Source of the DNA: Amphiscolops sp. MND2022
Lineage: Eukaryota
Reading direction: 5' to 3'
Assembly (NCBI GenBank): GCA_964187785.1
Contig: OZ076409.1
Coordinates: 74,960,001-75,024,000, forward strand
DNA length: 64,000 bases
Every line of letters starts with the position of its first letter. The first letter of the stretch is position 1. Under the pieces are notes generated by a model. It was not told where the DNA came from. It saw only the letters and a list, made by a program, of their open reading frames with translations, and did not search any database. Positions 26,934 through 40,700 of the stretch are shown in pieces. A program made the position numbers and the translations under genes.

Positions 26934-29900
26934 GTGGTCACGTGTTGTCCCACTGCAATAATGTGCGAGGCCGGGGAGGGACCCGGGACCGAGCGCGTTA
27001 TATAAGGATCTCTATATACTACCCGACACCTACGTGTGGGAAGGTTATTTCTTAAATGAGCCGTGAGAATTTCTTGAAAATTTGCATACGCCCATTTCTC
27101 CCAATTCTAAGAACTTTTTTCTGCTGACGTTTTTCCCGCAAACTTGTCCTTCATGGTGTTTTTGACAAAAGTTCGGATATAACGAATTTTTGTTCGGATA
27201 TAACGTTTTTCTCTAATAACTTTTACACGGTGCACGCTAGCCCAATGATGCATACTAACAAAAAGTTGTAAAATGCAACGATGCAATTGATGGTGCCAAA
27301 AAAGTGCCGCTGGAGGCACTTAAAGTGCCAAAAAATGCCGAAATGTGAAGTATCACCAATATCACCTGTACTTATAGGTCATTTTAAGCATGTTAAACGG
27401 TCCGAACGGTCTCGGACTATAAGACCACAAATTGTCAGCATTCAATGAGGGTTTCAAAAATTTAATTTTTACACCTGGGGGGAACATAATAAAAAAGTCG
27501 ATTTTTTGGGGTGTATGGCATGATGAGCAATGATGAAATTTTTTATACAGTACTTTTCATTCAATTGCTCAACACGCAGCACCAGTAGCAGCGTAAGTCA
27601 CATATATGAAAAAGATCAGGGGGCTGGGGTCTCTCCACGGTACTACCGCAAAGTATGCCTGGAGCAATGATTGTGCCAAAAAATGCCTTATAGTGAGAAA
27701 TGATTTTTTGAAAATCAGCTCATATTTCGAAACATGTGAATTCCTCGACAACAACGGTCCACACGGTCTCCGACAATATAACCGAAAATTGTCAGTGAGC
27801 TATGGCGACACCGAAAATGACATTGGTGAACCTCTGGGGGACCTCTGAAAAAAATTAATTTTTTTGAGTGACGGTCCGAGTTGATGGTATACGTCGTATG
27901 AACATTTCATAATCATATTACTCATAACCGAGTACACATAGCACCGTGGGTCATCTTTATGAAAATGAACCTTGGCCAGTGGTCTAACGATTGAGTGCAA
28001 AAAACATAGCCTAGTTGCCATTGTGAAAGAAAAAAATTCCAAGAAGTGGTGTTTTCAATTTTTCATGTCGACTCGGAGTCACAAAATGGTGATTTTCTCT
28101 TCAGAAACGGTCTGAACGGTCTCGGACCATAAGGTCAAATTTCGTCAGTGTGACATGGTGGCGCCCAAAAACACACGAAAACAAGTGTAGGTAGGTTCTG
28201 AACGAATTTCGAAATTTTACGTGGGTCAGAGAGTTATGGTGTCACATCGTAACAACATTTCGGGTATGCATATCTCCTGCCAGAGTACAGATACCATCAT
28301 GGGTCACCTTTTTGAAAATGAACGTGGGCCACTGGTCTATTGAGTTGTTGTAAAAAGTTTTCAATAAGTGCTGCATGGCGTGAAAAATATACCAAGATGT
28401 TGTATTTAGCATTTTTTTCCACGACTCGGACTTACAAAAAGCCCATTTGTGCTCCACCAACGGTCCGTACGGTCTTCGACCATAAGGTCAAAAAGTGTCA
28501 GTGTGCTATGGTGACGCCCAAAAACCCAACAGTACACTTGTAGAGTGCTTCTGAAAAAATTTGGTATTTTTAGGTGAGTCCGAGAGGTTTTGAGAGTTAT
28601 GTTGTCACATCGTAACTACATTTCGGGTATGTATATCTCCTGAAAGAGTACAGATAGCAACATGGGTCATCTTTTGGAAAGTAAACGTGGCCCACTGGCC
28701 TACCGAATGGTGATAAAAAATTTTCACCAGTTGCTACAGGTAGTGATAAAAGTGCTTACATGGGTTACATAGCATTTTTTCAGGCGACTCAGACTTACAA
28801 AAAGGTCGTTTGCTCGCGAACAACGGTCTGTACGGTCTCTGTCCATGAGGTCGAAAAATTTTCGTGAGCTATGGTGACGCCCAAAAACATATCAGTTTAC
28901 TTGTGGGATAATTCTGTAAAAATTTAATTTTTTCGTGCTCACTATGTTACATATTACATTGGGAACCGTGTTTTCATAACACCGAAATCATGATTTTGAG
29001 TGCCCAAAAACCGTTTTTAAAGCCCAGTAGCCACGTAAAATGTTCTTTTGCATAACATGGGATGTGAATAACGTAAAGAAACTGCTCACTGTGGGTTTGG
29101 AGTCATTTCAAAAAAATCAGCTGCCATTAGACGTTACATTACAGAAAATGATACCTTACATATCGATATATGGATTGAGTCCAAAATAGCTAAACTGCTT
29201 TTTCAGTCAATCAAGACTCTTTTTCGTTCACAACCAAGTGTACAGCTGACGTCGAACCTATTTTGACCTTCCACAATGGTTATAATGCGATTTTGAGGGA
29301 CAAAAGCCTCGTTGACAAACGAAATTCCAAGATGAAATTGCTTTCCAAATCATTTTTTGAAGTATAGGAACCCCATTTTTTGCCGACAACCATCAAATAT
29401 CCACTTCTCTTGGCCCAGTGGCTTGTGAAAAATAGAACTGGGCATTGACAAGGCACATGGACTTGAATTCGCGTAGTCATGGGCAACAATATTTACTAAT
29501 CGATAGCAAATTTCGTCGAAAACTGATACAACATCACATTTTTGGTGGACTCGAAATGACAAAATGGAGCTTCAGCAGCACCTATTGGCTACTAGTGCAA
29601 CTCATGGGCATTTTAATGTAGGAAAACGATGCTTACAGTAGTTTCAAGGTACTTTTTGAGATTCTGAGGTACCTAAAAATATCATACTGAATAGACATAT
29701 TACTTCAAACTCGTCATTTTTCCGGATGTGTCACCACTTTTTCGGTATCGGCGGTCCTACTAACACTTGTTTTGGTCAAACATGAAACCTGAGGATCAAT
29801 CAAAGTGGATACCAGACTTGTAAAAACAATACAAAGAGTTTCGACATGTCAAAAGTAGTGATGAGAGGAGATATTATCCAAAAATTCTTGTTATATGTCA

Positions 29901-31841
29901 TTTTCCATTCCACCATTTTTATTCGGTGCTTGTCGGTTAAGGTATTAACGCTCAACAACAAGCTCACTGACAGCAAACAAGTTGATTACCGTTATTAAAA
30001 GTGTTCACAATACCTGTTTCCTCGTTCTTGACACATTTTCCACCGTGTTCGTTCTTAAAATGTAAAACTTTTTCCCGTAACACCCAATTTTTGACCGGTC
30101 GAAAATTGAATTTTTGTCTTTTGAACAACATTTTTGTGTCTGACGTAACCTGTGGCCCCCAAAATACTCAAAAACAAAAGCATCATTGGTATCAAATGTT
30201 TGAGTGACATGTGAGCCGCGATAACACGTTTCGCAAAGAAAAATTCTTCTTTGAAGTCAAAATTTCGAAGACTCATTTTCACAATAAAAAGAGAATAATT
30301 GAAAAACTTATTTGTTTCCCGTCAAAGACTATCAATATAGCATCAGTCTTGCGAATATGACGTCTATAGAGGGGAGTATATGAAAACTGTGGTGCATAAA
30401 GCATTGAGTAACACAAAACTTACCATATTACTAAAATATTTTCACTAAATTTTTTGCCATTTATATCGAAAAGTTAACATTTAAAACATCAATCAGCACT
30501 TCAATTCAGTAAAATTAGTCAAGTCTGGATATGTGTTAATGAGCTCGATCTTTCCGTTGCTCCAAACTCCTTTGTTACAGCTGAATATATTCAGACTTTT
30601 TTCAAAACGTAATATTCATTAATAGATGTATTAGCAAATACTCATTCATCTATATGATAGCTAACCAAATTGCCGATATGACTCTCAGGACTTGAATTTC
30701 TCAGACTGTATAGATTTGAAAACCTACTCACATTGATGACGTTTTTCTTATATTACGCTTGATATTGGACCATGTATTTTTAGAAGCAGCTGATAACTGA
30801 ATCTTGTGATAGCCTTTCAAGTTGGCCTTGTGTCAACTTGGGAAGGCTATCACTACAAACAACAAAAAGCAAGAATTTCTCTTCTTTCACTTTAGCTGTA
30901 GACCATATTGTTCAGCCTTTAATGCAGTCTTCAGTTGATAAATGTTAATTAGGTTACAAGTTCTTTCCGTATATGATTATCACCATAAACTTCACAAAGA
31001 CTACATTTTTTCTTTGTCTTTCGAAAAATACCGCAAACAAACTACTGAAAATCAATGAATTTTACTTGGAACGTCCTGATAAAGGACATTTCCATTTCTT
31101 ATAGTCGCATCGGGAACCCCTTTATCTCCTCCACCTGACAATAGCTTAATTTTTCCATTGAAAGCTTCCTTTATTCGTAACATAGAGCCAAAAACCCGGG
31201 TAGAGTGTCAGAATTTAAAATCTTTTAAAGTCAGCAATCATAGTGGTAAACGTTTTGTTCCTTTAAATTTTGTTTACCCAAAATAATTGTTCCGCATAAC
31301 ACAAAAAGTCATCAAAAGTTGTTACAAAGCAACATTTTTATAATTTTTTGTTCGTTTGCAATGTACTTTCAAATGGTCATTGAACATTTTTATGTCTTCT
31401 CGAATGTCATCTGAGTTTCACTGAAGAGTTTGCATCCAATCGTAACCACCTCATTTACCGCCACTTTCTATCCAAATATTACTAAGGATTTCAACACATT
31501 GTTGAGTAATTGCGACAAATTTATATGTAGCAAAATTTCATTGTCACTGATGTCATTATCAGCGGTGCTTCGAGGTTCGCAGCATCTTGCAGACTCAACG
31601 GTGCCTGCTTGAAAAGTACTTCTCGTAAATTTCAGGATACCTTATCTAGTATCAACGGCATTCACTGTTGTCAATTCTGTATCATGGTTGCTATGAAGTT
31701 TATCAATGTTTCCCTGACAAATTGAACCAAAAAGGAAGCAGGAAGTACAACAAAACATTTCAATCTTCAGTACCACACGTTTCACCCTTCTTATGTTTAG
31801 GCCTCTCTCCCCTCTAGTCGTGCTCTAATTACCTCCGCTGG
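26934..31841 (+). repeat. Cassette A6 (4908 bp), divergent A subfamily
   Basis: Between cores 26930 and 31838; shares subrepeats, central body and hairpin (30808) with A1; different head and tail. Confidence 0.85.
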
Positions 31842-32875
31842 GTGGTCCGGGGTAGTTCCCCACATTATTTAGTGCGAGGCCGGGGAGGGTCCCGATGCCG
31901 AGCTTAATTTTCGCGTGTCGTACTATATCCTTTAGCACACCAGTCAAAAAACGGCGATTTTCGAATTGAACCGATAAAACTTCTTTAAACTTTGCATGTG
32001 TACTTATCTTGCCGATGTAAGAATGATGTTCTGCTGGTCAAACATGATCCTATTACTTGGCGGGAAGTTATGAGCAAATGATCGGGTTTTTCACCCATTT
32101 TCGGTACTTTTTCGCTGCGCTATCTGCAGCATGTGGATACAATTGGCTGATACTTTGCATGCGAGGCATAAATGATGTCAGGTGTGTGCATGCCAAAAAT
32201 CATTAGGCTGGTGATACTAGGCTGAGAGATAGAAGTAGAAAAAGAAGTGGAAAATTGTGAATTTTCCGGTCATCGCGTCATAACTTCCGATCTTTGGATG
32301 AGATGGTGTTTACTTGAGCGGTAGCAGTGCAGGCGATGTGTTTTCAACATCACCTGGCCAGGATAAAAAATAAAAAATAAAAAAGTTCTACAAAAGTTCT
32401 ACAAAAATTCTAAAAATTGCGAATTTTTCAAAAAAAAAAGATTTTCTCGTTTTTCGATGCTTTTTCACATTTTGAACGCAAAAAAGAAGTGACTCTGCAC
32501 TTACGGTGACAACTAAAGGGGTTTCAGAGGTCACAAAAAGTAAATCAGACAAAACTGAACTGTTCTTTCAGTTGTTGGAACTGAAATTGTCAGTATATTT
32601 TTGTTGAATTGTAAATAACAACATCACCGTTCTCCGGAGGACCGCGAAGCAGTTCGGAGGAAGAACGGTGATAACAAACAACCATGGCCTGTACATCACC
32701 TGTGGTGGTTCGCGCGTGCGGTATAGGATGAATTATTGCTGATGAAAGAACACTTTTGAGCAACTTTTGTACAAAGCAAACAATTGATGGTTGTTATCCT
32801 GTGACTTTTGCCTCATTGCTTACCTCTACAATGTCATTACGGCCTTTCTCGTGATTGTACCTTTGCCTCCACTGG
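31842..32875 (+). repeat. Cassette B3 (1034 bp), divergent B subfamily
   Basis: Between cores 31838 and 32872; 32060-32510 is clearly homologous to B1 10395-10850. Confidence 0.85.
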
Positions 32876-35800
32876 GTGGTCAGGGGTGTTACCCGTCAAA
32901 AATACTGCGAGGCCGGGGAGGGACCCGGGACCGAGCACATTATATAAGGATCAATTTCTACCTCCCGGCAATCGTATTTCTCGACACGATTTCGAAAATG
33001 AACCACACGAATTGGCTGAAAATTTGCACACAGATAGAAGAGCAAATTCTAAGAACTTTTTCCTGCTGACGTTTTTCTGGGAAAATTCATTTTCGAGGGT
33101 TTTTTGCGTTTTTTGGGTTTTTTTCATCTTTTTCATCTTTGATTAATCAATAACCGAATCAAAGGCCATTTTCAGCATGAAGGAAAGCCAATAGCGGTAA
33201 AGTTGACTTCTATGAAAATCATCAACGGTCAACGGTCTTTCGAACGGTCCAAAAAAATTTTCCCCTGGGGGCATCCAAAGTGCCGAAAAGTGCCAAAATA
33301 ATTTTTTTGACTGAATCACTTGCATCAAATTGCTGATTTGAGCAGCCGGAACGGTCCGCACGGTCTCGGACCATAAGGTTAAAAAGTGTCAGCATTCAAT
33401 GATGGTTTCAAAAATACAACTCATTCAACTGTAGGGGTCCTAATAAAAAAGTTGATTTTTTGGGGTGTATCGCTTGATGAGCTAAGATGACATTTTTTAT
33501 TTTGTACATTTCATTCAATTACTCACCACGCAGCACCAGTAGCAGCGAAAGTCATATTTATGAAAAATATCAGGGGGCTGGGGTGTACCCACGGTATTGT
33601 CGCAAAAAATGCGTTGGGCAATGATTGTGCCAAAAAATGCCTTATAGTGAGCAATGACTTTTTGCAAATCAGCTCATTGTTACAAACATGTGAATTCCTC
33701 GCCAACAACGGTCCGCACGGTCTCCGACAATAAGGTCAAAAAATGTCAGTGAGCTATGGCGACACCGAAAATGACATTGGTTAATTGCTGGAGGTCCTCT
33801 GAAAAAAAGTAAAATTTTTGAGTCACGGTCCGAGTTGATCTCATACGACGTATGAACATTTCATGATCATGTTACTCATAACCGAGTACACATAGCACCG
33901 TGGGTCACCTTTATGAAAATGAACATTGGCCAGTGGTCTAACGATTGAGTGCAGAAAATATACCTTAGTTGCCATAGTGAAAGAAAAAAATTCTCAGAAG
34001 TGTTGTTTTCAATTTTTCATGTCGACTCGGAGTCACAAAATGGTGATTTTCTCTTCAGGAACGGTCCGAACGGTCTCGGACCATAAGATCAAAAGTTGTC
34101 AGTGTAACATGGTGGCGCCCAAAAACACATTAGAACAAGTGTAGGTAGCTCCTGAACGAATTTCGAATTTTTACGTGGGTCAGAGAGTTATGGTGTCACA
34201 TGGTAACTACATTTCAGGTATGCATATCTCCTGCCAGAGTACAGATAGCATCATGGGTCACCTTTTCGAAAAAGAACGTGGGCCACTGGTCTATCGAATG
34301 GTAACAAAAAGTTTTCAATAAGTGCTGCATGGCGTGAATAATATGCCAAGATGTGGTATTTACCATTTTTTTGCACGACTCGGACCTACAAAAAGCCCAT
34401 TTCTGCTGCACCAACGGTCCGTACGGTCTTCGACCATAAGGTCAAAAAGTGTCAGTGTGCTATGGTGACGCCCAAAAACCTATCAGTACACTTGTAGAGT
34501 GCTTCTGAAAAATTTTGGATTTTTTAGGTTAGTCCGAGAGTTATGGAGAGTTATGTTGTCACATCGAAACTACATTTCGGGTATGTATATCTCCTGACAG
34601 ATTACAGATAGCAACATGGGTCATCTTTTGGAAAGTGAACGTGAGCCACTGGCCTACCGAATGGTGATAAAAAGTTTTCACCAGTTGCTATAGGGAGTGA
34701 TGAAAGTGCTTACATGTGTTACATAGCATTTTTTCGAGCGACTCGGACTTACAAAAAGCTCATTTGCTCGCCAACAACGGTCTGCACGGTCTCCGACCAT
34801 AAGGTCAAAAACTTTTCGTGAGCTCTGGTGACGCCCAAAAAGCCATCAGTTTAGGTGTAGCATGCTTCTGTAAAAATTTGGAATTTTCGTGCTCACAAAG
34901 TGAGATTTTGGGTTTTGAAAAACAATTTTTCACCCAAAAACCATGTTTTTCAGTGCCCAAAATCAATTTTTAAATCACAATAGGCACATAAAATGTTTAT
35001 TTTGCATAACAGGGCACGTGAATAGCATGAGGAAAGGGCCCACTGTGGTTTTGGAGTCATTTTCGAAAAATCAGCTGCCATGGGACGTTACACAAGAGAA
35101 ATTGATACTTTACATATCGATACTTTGGTTGAGTGGAAAGTAGCTAAATTGCTTTTTCAGTCAATCAAGACTCTTTTTTGTTCACATCCAAGTGTACAGC
35201 TGACGTGAAACACATATTGACCTTCCACAATGGTTATATTGCGATTTTGAGTGACAAAATCCCAGTTGACAAACAAAAATCCAGCCTAAACGTTGTTTCC
35301 AATTCAATTTTTGAAGTATAGGACCGCCAATTTTTGTCCACAAACATCAACTAACCTATTTTCTTCGTCTAGTGGCAATAAAAAAACGCCACTGGGCATT
35401 GACATGACACTGACACTATCATTCGAGTAGTCATGGGCAACAATATTTACTAATCAATAGGAAAATTCGTCGAAAATTCATACAACATCACATTTTTGGC
35501 GGAGTCGAATTCACAAAATGGAGCTTTATCACCAACTATTGGCTTCTAATGCAACCCACTGGAACACTAATTTAGGAAAATGATGTTTACAGAACTTTCA
35601 AGGCAGTTTTTCATAATCGGAGGTACCTAAAAATATCATAATGAATAGACATATTACTTCAAAATCGGCATTTTTCCGGATGTGTCACCACTTTTTCGGT
35701 ATCGGAGGTTTTACTAACACTGTTTTTGGTCTAACACTAAGCCTGAGGATCGCCCAAGGTACATACCAGACTTGTAAAAACAATGCAAAGACTTTCGACA

Positions 35801-37786
35801 TGTCAAAAGTACTGATGAGAAGATATATTTCCCGAAAATTTCTTTTTTATGTCATATTCAATTCTGTCGTTTTTAGTCGGTGCATGTTGGTTATAGTCTT
35901 AGCCCTAAAGAACGTGCTCACTGACAACAACCAACTTGTTGAGAGTTCTAAAAAGTATTTATAACTCCACCCTGCTCGGTTTTGTCAGATTTTTCTTCCC
36001 ATTCGTTCTTAACAAGAAATTATTTTTCCCAAAAACCCAATTTTTGTCAGGTCGAAAATTCGATTTTCGTGTTTTGAACAACATTAATGTGTCTGACGTA
36101 ACCTGTGGCCTCCAAAATACTGAAATATAAATATATGACTGGTATAAAAGGCCTCATTGGCTTGTGAGCCACGATAACACGTTTTTCAAAGACAAATTCA
36201 ACTTTTAAGTGAAAATTTCGAAGACACATTTTAACATTAAAAACAGAATACATGAAAAGCTTACCTATTTTCCGTCAATTGCTATTGCTTTAGTATCAGT
36301 GTTGCGAATATGAGGCCTATAGAGGGGTCTATATGAAAACTGTGGTGCATAAAGCATTGTGTAACACAAAACTTACCATAGTACTGAAAGAATTTCACTG
36401 TATTTTTTCCACTTTATGTCAAAAAGTTGATCCACTATACATCAATCAGCAGTTGAATTAGTAGGGTTATACAACTGTGGATATGTTTCAAAGTCTTTGA
36501 TCTTCCCGTTGTTCCAAACTCCTTTGTTACTGCTGAAAAGAGTCATATGTTTTACAAGTAATGTTATTTAAAAGATAAACTAGCAAAGACTGAAGCAACT
36601 TTATAGTAGCTAATTCAAACTCCTCCCTCACTACTTGCACTTTGCAGACTCTATAGACTTGACAACCTACTCACATTGATGACGTTTGCTTATTATACAA
36701 TTCACCTTGAACCATGCATTTTCGGGAAGAGCTTATAACTTATAACTGAATCTTGTGGTAGCCTTCCAAGTTGGCCTTCGGCCAACTTGGAAGGCTTTCA
36801 CTACAAACAACAAGAAGCAAGAAATCCTCCTCTTCAAATTTTGTTGTAGACAATATTGTTTAACCTTCAATCGTCTCTTCAGTTTATAACATGTAGGTCA
36901 CTTTTTCATTCAGTATATGATTGTCACCATCGAATTCAAATATTACATTTTTTGTTTGTATCTGTCAAAAAATAACCTGAAGAAATTACTCTAAATCTTG
37001 TATTCTTGAATTTTATGTAGAACATTCAGTCAATTTAACATTTCGCATTTTTTTCGGCTTCAGGAAACCTCGTACCCCCTCCACCTGACAACACGTTACA
37101 TCTTTTTTTTGAAAGCTTTCTTTAGTCGTAACTTAGAGCCAAAAACCTCGAATCGGCTGTCAGGATTTATCATGGTTTAAAATCAGTGACATATCCCGGT
37201 AAACATTTTTTTTACTTTTAAAAGTTGTTCACCCACAAAATTTGATTTGTTCCGGATAACACAAAGACTCCTCAAAAATTGTTACAATACAAAATTTTTA
37301 AAACTTATTTTTAAATATTGTTATGTAACTTCAGATATTTCACGTCATTTCGCATGTTATCTGGGTTGGAGTGGAGTCTTTTGATGCAATACTAACCACC
37401 TCATTCACCACGACGTTTTATCCTAATATTATTAAGGATTTCCACAAATCGTTCGGTAATTGCGACAAATTCATTTGCACAAAAATTTCATTGTCACTGA
37501 TGTCATTATCAGCGGTGCTTCCATGTTCGCAGCATCTCACAAGATTAACGGTGCTTGCTTGAAAAGGAATGCTCGGGATACCCAAATTTTGTTTTCAAAG
37601 CATTCACCGTTGGCAATTTCGTGGCATGATTGTGATGATTTTCATCGTTGATCCCTTGACGAATTGAAACAAAACAGGTAGCCTGGTGTTATGCCTTTAA
37701 AGAAATTTTTGAATCTTCAGTTGCAAACCATTCCCTCTATTGTTTAGGCCTCCTTCTAGCAGTGCTCTAAATCGCTCCATCGCTAG
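32876..37786 (+). repeat. Cassette A7 (4911 bp), divergent A subfamily
   Basis: Between cores 32872 and 37783; five subrepeats; hairpin at 36760. Confidence 0.85.
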
Positions 37787-40700
37787 GTGGTTGGGGCGTT
37801 ATTCCCCACGAAGTTCGCGGCCGCGGGAGACGGGACCCGCGGACCGCCCATCCAATGCAAAAATATACACTCTAAACAGCACCATTATAAACACGATCTC
37901 GAAAATGAACCGTAGGAATGTCTTGAAATTTTGCATACGGATAGAAGAGAAAATTCTAAGAACTTTATCCTGCTGGCACTTTTCCGAAAAAAATGCCCTT
38001 CATGGGTTTTTTTGGGTTTTTTTTGGTTTTTTCTCATCTTTCTCATCTTTGATTAATCAATCACTGAATCAAAGGCCATTTTCAGCATGAAGGAATGCCC
38101 GTAGCGGCAAAGTGCACTTTTACAAAAATCATCAACAGTCAACGGTCTTTCGAACGGTCCAAAAAATTTTCCCCCCGGGGGCATCCAAAGTGCCGAAAAG
38201 TGCCAAAATATTTTTTTGGTCTGAATCATTTTGATGAAATTGTTGATTTGAGCAGCAGGAACGGTCCGCACGGTCTCGGACCATAAGGTCAAAAATTGTC
38301 AGTGAGTTATGGTGACGACCAAAATGACATTGGTTGAGCTGTAGGAGGCCTCTGAAAAAATTTGAATTTTTTGAGTCTACAATCCGAGCTGAACTGTTAC
38401 GTAATATGAACTTTTCAGTACTATGTTGCCAATGACCGAGTACAGATAGATGCATGGGTCAGCCTTATTGAAATGAACATTGGGCACTGGGCTACCGATT
38501 GAGTGCAAAAATTATAGCCTAGTTGCTGTAGTCGAAGAACAAAATTCTCAGAAGTGTTACTTTCAATTTGTCATGTTGACTCGGAGTTACAAAAAGGTGA
38601 TTTTCTCGCCAACAACGGTCCGAACGGTCTTCGACCATGAGATCAAAAATTGTCAGTGTGCTATGGTGACGCCCAAAAACCCACCGGAACAAGCGTAGGA
38701 TGCTTCTGAAAAAATTTCGAATTTTTACGTCGGCCCAAGAGTTATTGTGTTACATCGTAACAACTTTTCGTGTATGCATATCTCCTGACAGAGTACAGAT
38801 AGCATCATGGGTCACCTTTATGAAAGTGAACGTGGGCCACTGGTGAACTGCATGGTTATAAAAAATTTAGACTAAGTGCTGCACGGCGTGAATAATATGC
38901 CAAGATGTGTTATTTACGATATTTTAGCACGACTCGGACTGACAAAAAGCCTATTTCTGCCCCAGCAACGGTCCAAACGGTCATCAAGTGTAAGGTCAAA
39001 AAATGTCAGTGTGACATGATGGCGCCTAAAAACCCACCAGAACATTGGTAGGAAGCTTCTGGAAAAAATTCGAATTTTTACGTGGGCCCGAGAGTTATGA
39101 TGTTGCATCGTAGCAACATTTCGTGCATGCATATCTCCTGACAGAGTACAGATAGCATCATGGGTCACCTTTTTGAAAAAGAACGTGGGCCACTGGTCTA
39201 TCGATTGGTTGTAAAAAGTTTTCAATCACTGCTGCACGGCGTGAATAATATGCCAATATGTGGTATTTAGCATTTTTTTGCACGACTCGGACCTACAAAA
39301 GTCCCATTTCTGCTCCACCAACGGTCCGTACGGTCTTCAACCATAAGGTCAAAAAGTGTCAGTGTGCTATGGTGACGCCCAAAAACCCACCAGTACACTT
39401 GTAGAGTGCTTCCGAAAAATTTTGGAATTTTTAGGTGAGTCCGAGAGTTATAGAGAGTTATGTTGTCACATCGTAACTACATTTCGGGAATGTATATCTC
39501 CTGACACAGTACAGATACCAATATGGGTCATCTTTTGGAAAGTGAACGTGGGCCACTGGCCTACCGAATGATGATAAAAAGTTTTCACCAGTTGCTACAG
39601 GGAGTGATAAAAGTGCTTACATGGGTTACATAGCATTTTTTCAGGCGACTCGGACTTACAAAAAGCTCATTTGCTCGCGAACAACGGTCTGTACGGTCTC
39701 CACTCAATGGGTCGAAAATTTTTTGTGGGCTATGGTGACGCTCAAAAACCCATCAGTTTACTTGTGGGATGATTCTGTAAAAATTTAGTGTTTCCGTGCA
39801 GACTATGTTACATATTACATTGGGAACCGTGTTTTTTTCTCACCAAAATCATGTTTTTGAGTGCCCAAAAACAATTTTTAAAGCCCAGTAGCCACCTAAA
39901 ATGTTCTTTTGCATAACATGGGATGTGAATAACGTGAAGAAAGTGCTCACTGTGGATTTGGAGTTATCTCGAAAAAATCAGCTGCCATTAGACGTTACAT
40001 TACATAAAATCGTTCCTTACATATCGATTCATGGGTTGAGTCAAAAACAGCTAAAGTTCTTTTTCAGTCAATCAAGACACTTTTTTGTTCACAACCAAGT
40101 GTACAGCTGACGTCGAACCTATTTTGACCTTTCACAATGGTTATAGTTCAATTTTGAGGTACAAAAGCCTCTTTGACAAACAAAATTCCATGATGAAATT
40201 GCTTTCCAAATCATTTTTTGAAGTATAGGAACGCCATTTTTAGCCGAGAACCATCTAATATCCACTTCTCTTGGCCCAGTGGCTTGTGAAAAATACAACT
40301 GGGCATTGACAAGGCACAAGGACCTTACTTCGAGTAGTAATGTGCCACAATATTTGCTAATCGATAGCAAATTTTGTTGAAAATTGATACAACATCACAT
40401 TTTTGGTGGACTCGAAATGACAAAATGGAGCTTCAGCAGCAACTATTGGCTTTTAGTGCAACTCACTGGCACTGTAGCTTACGAAAATACGGTTTACAGT
40501 AGTTTCATGCTACTTTTTCAGAATCTGAGGTACATAAAAATATCATACTGAATAGACATATAACTTCCACATCGGAATTTTTCCGGATGTGTCGCCGCTT
40601 TTTTGGTATCAGCGGTCCTACCAACACTGTTTTTGGTCTAACACTAAACCCGAAGATCAACCAAGGTGTATATCAGACTTGTAAAATCAATGCAAGGACT

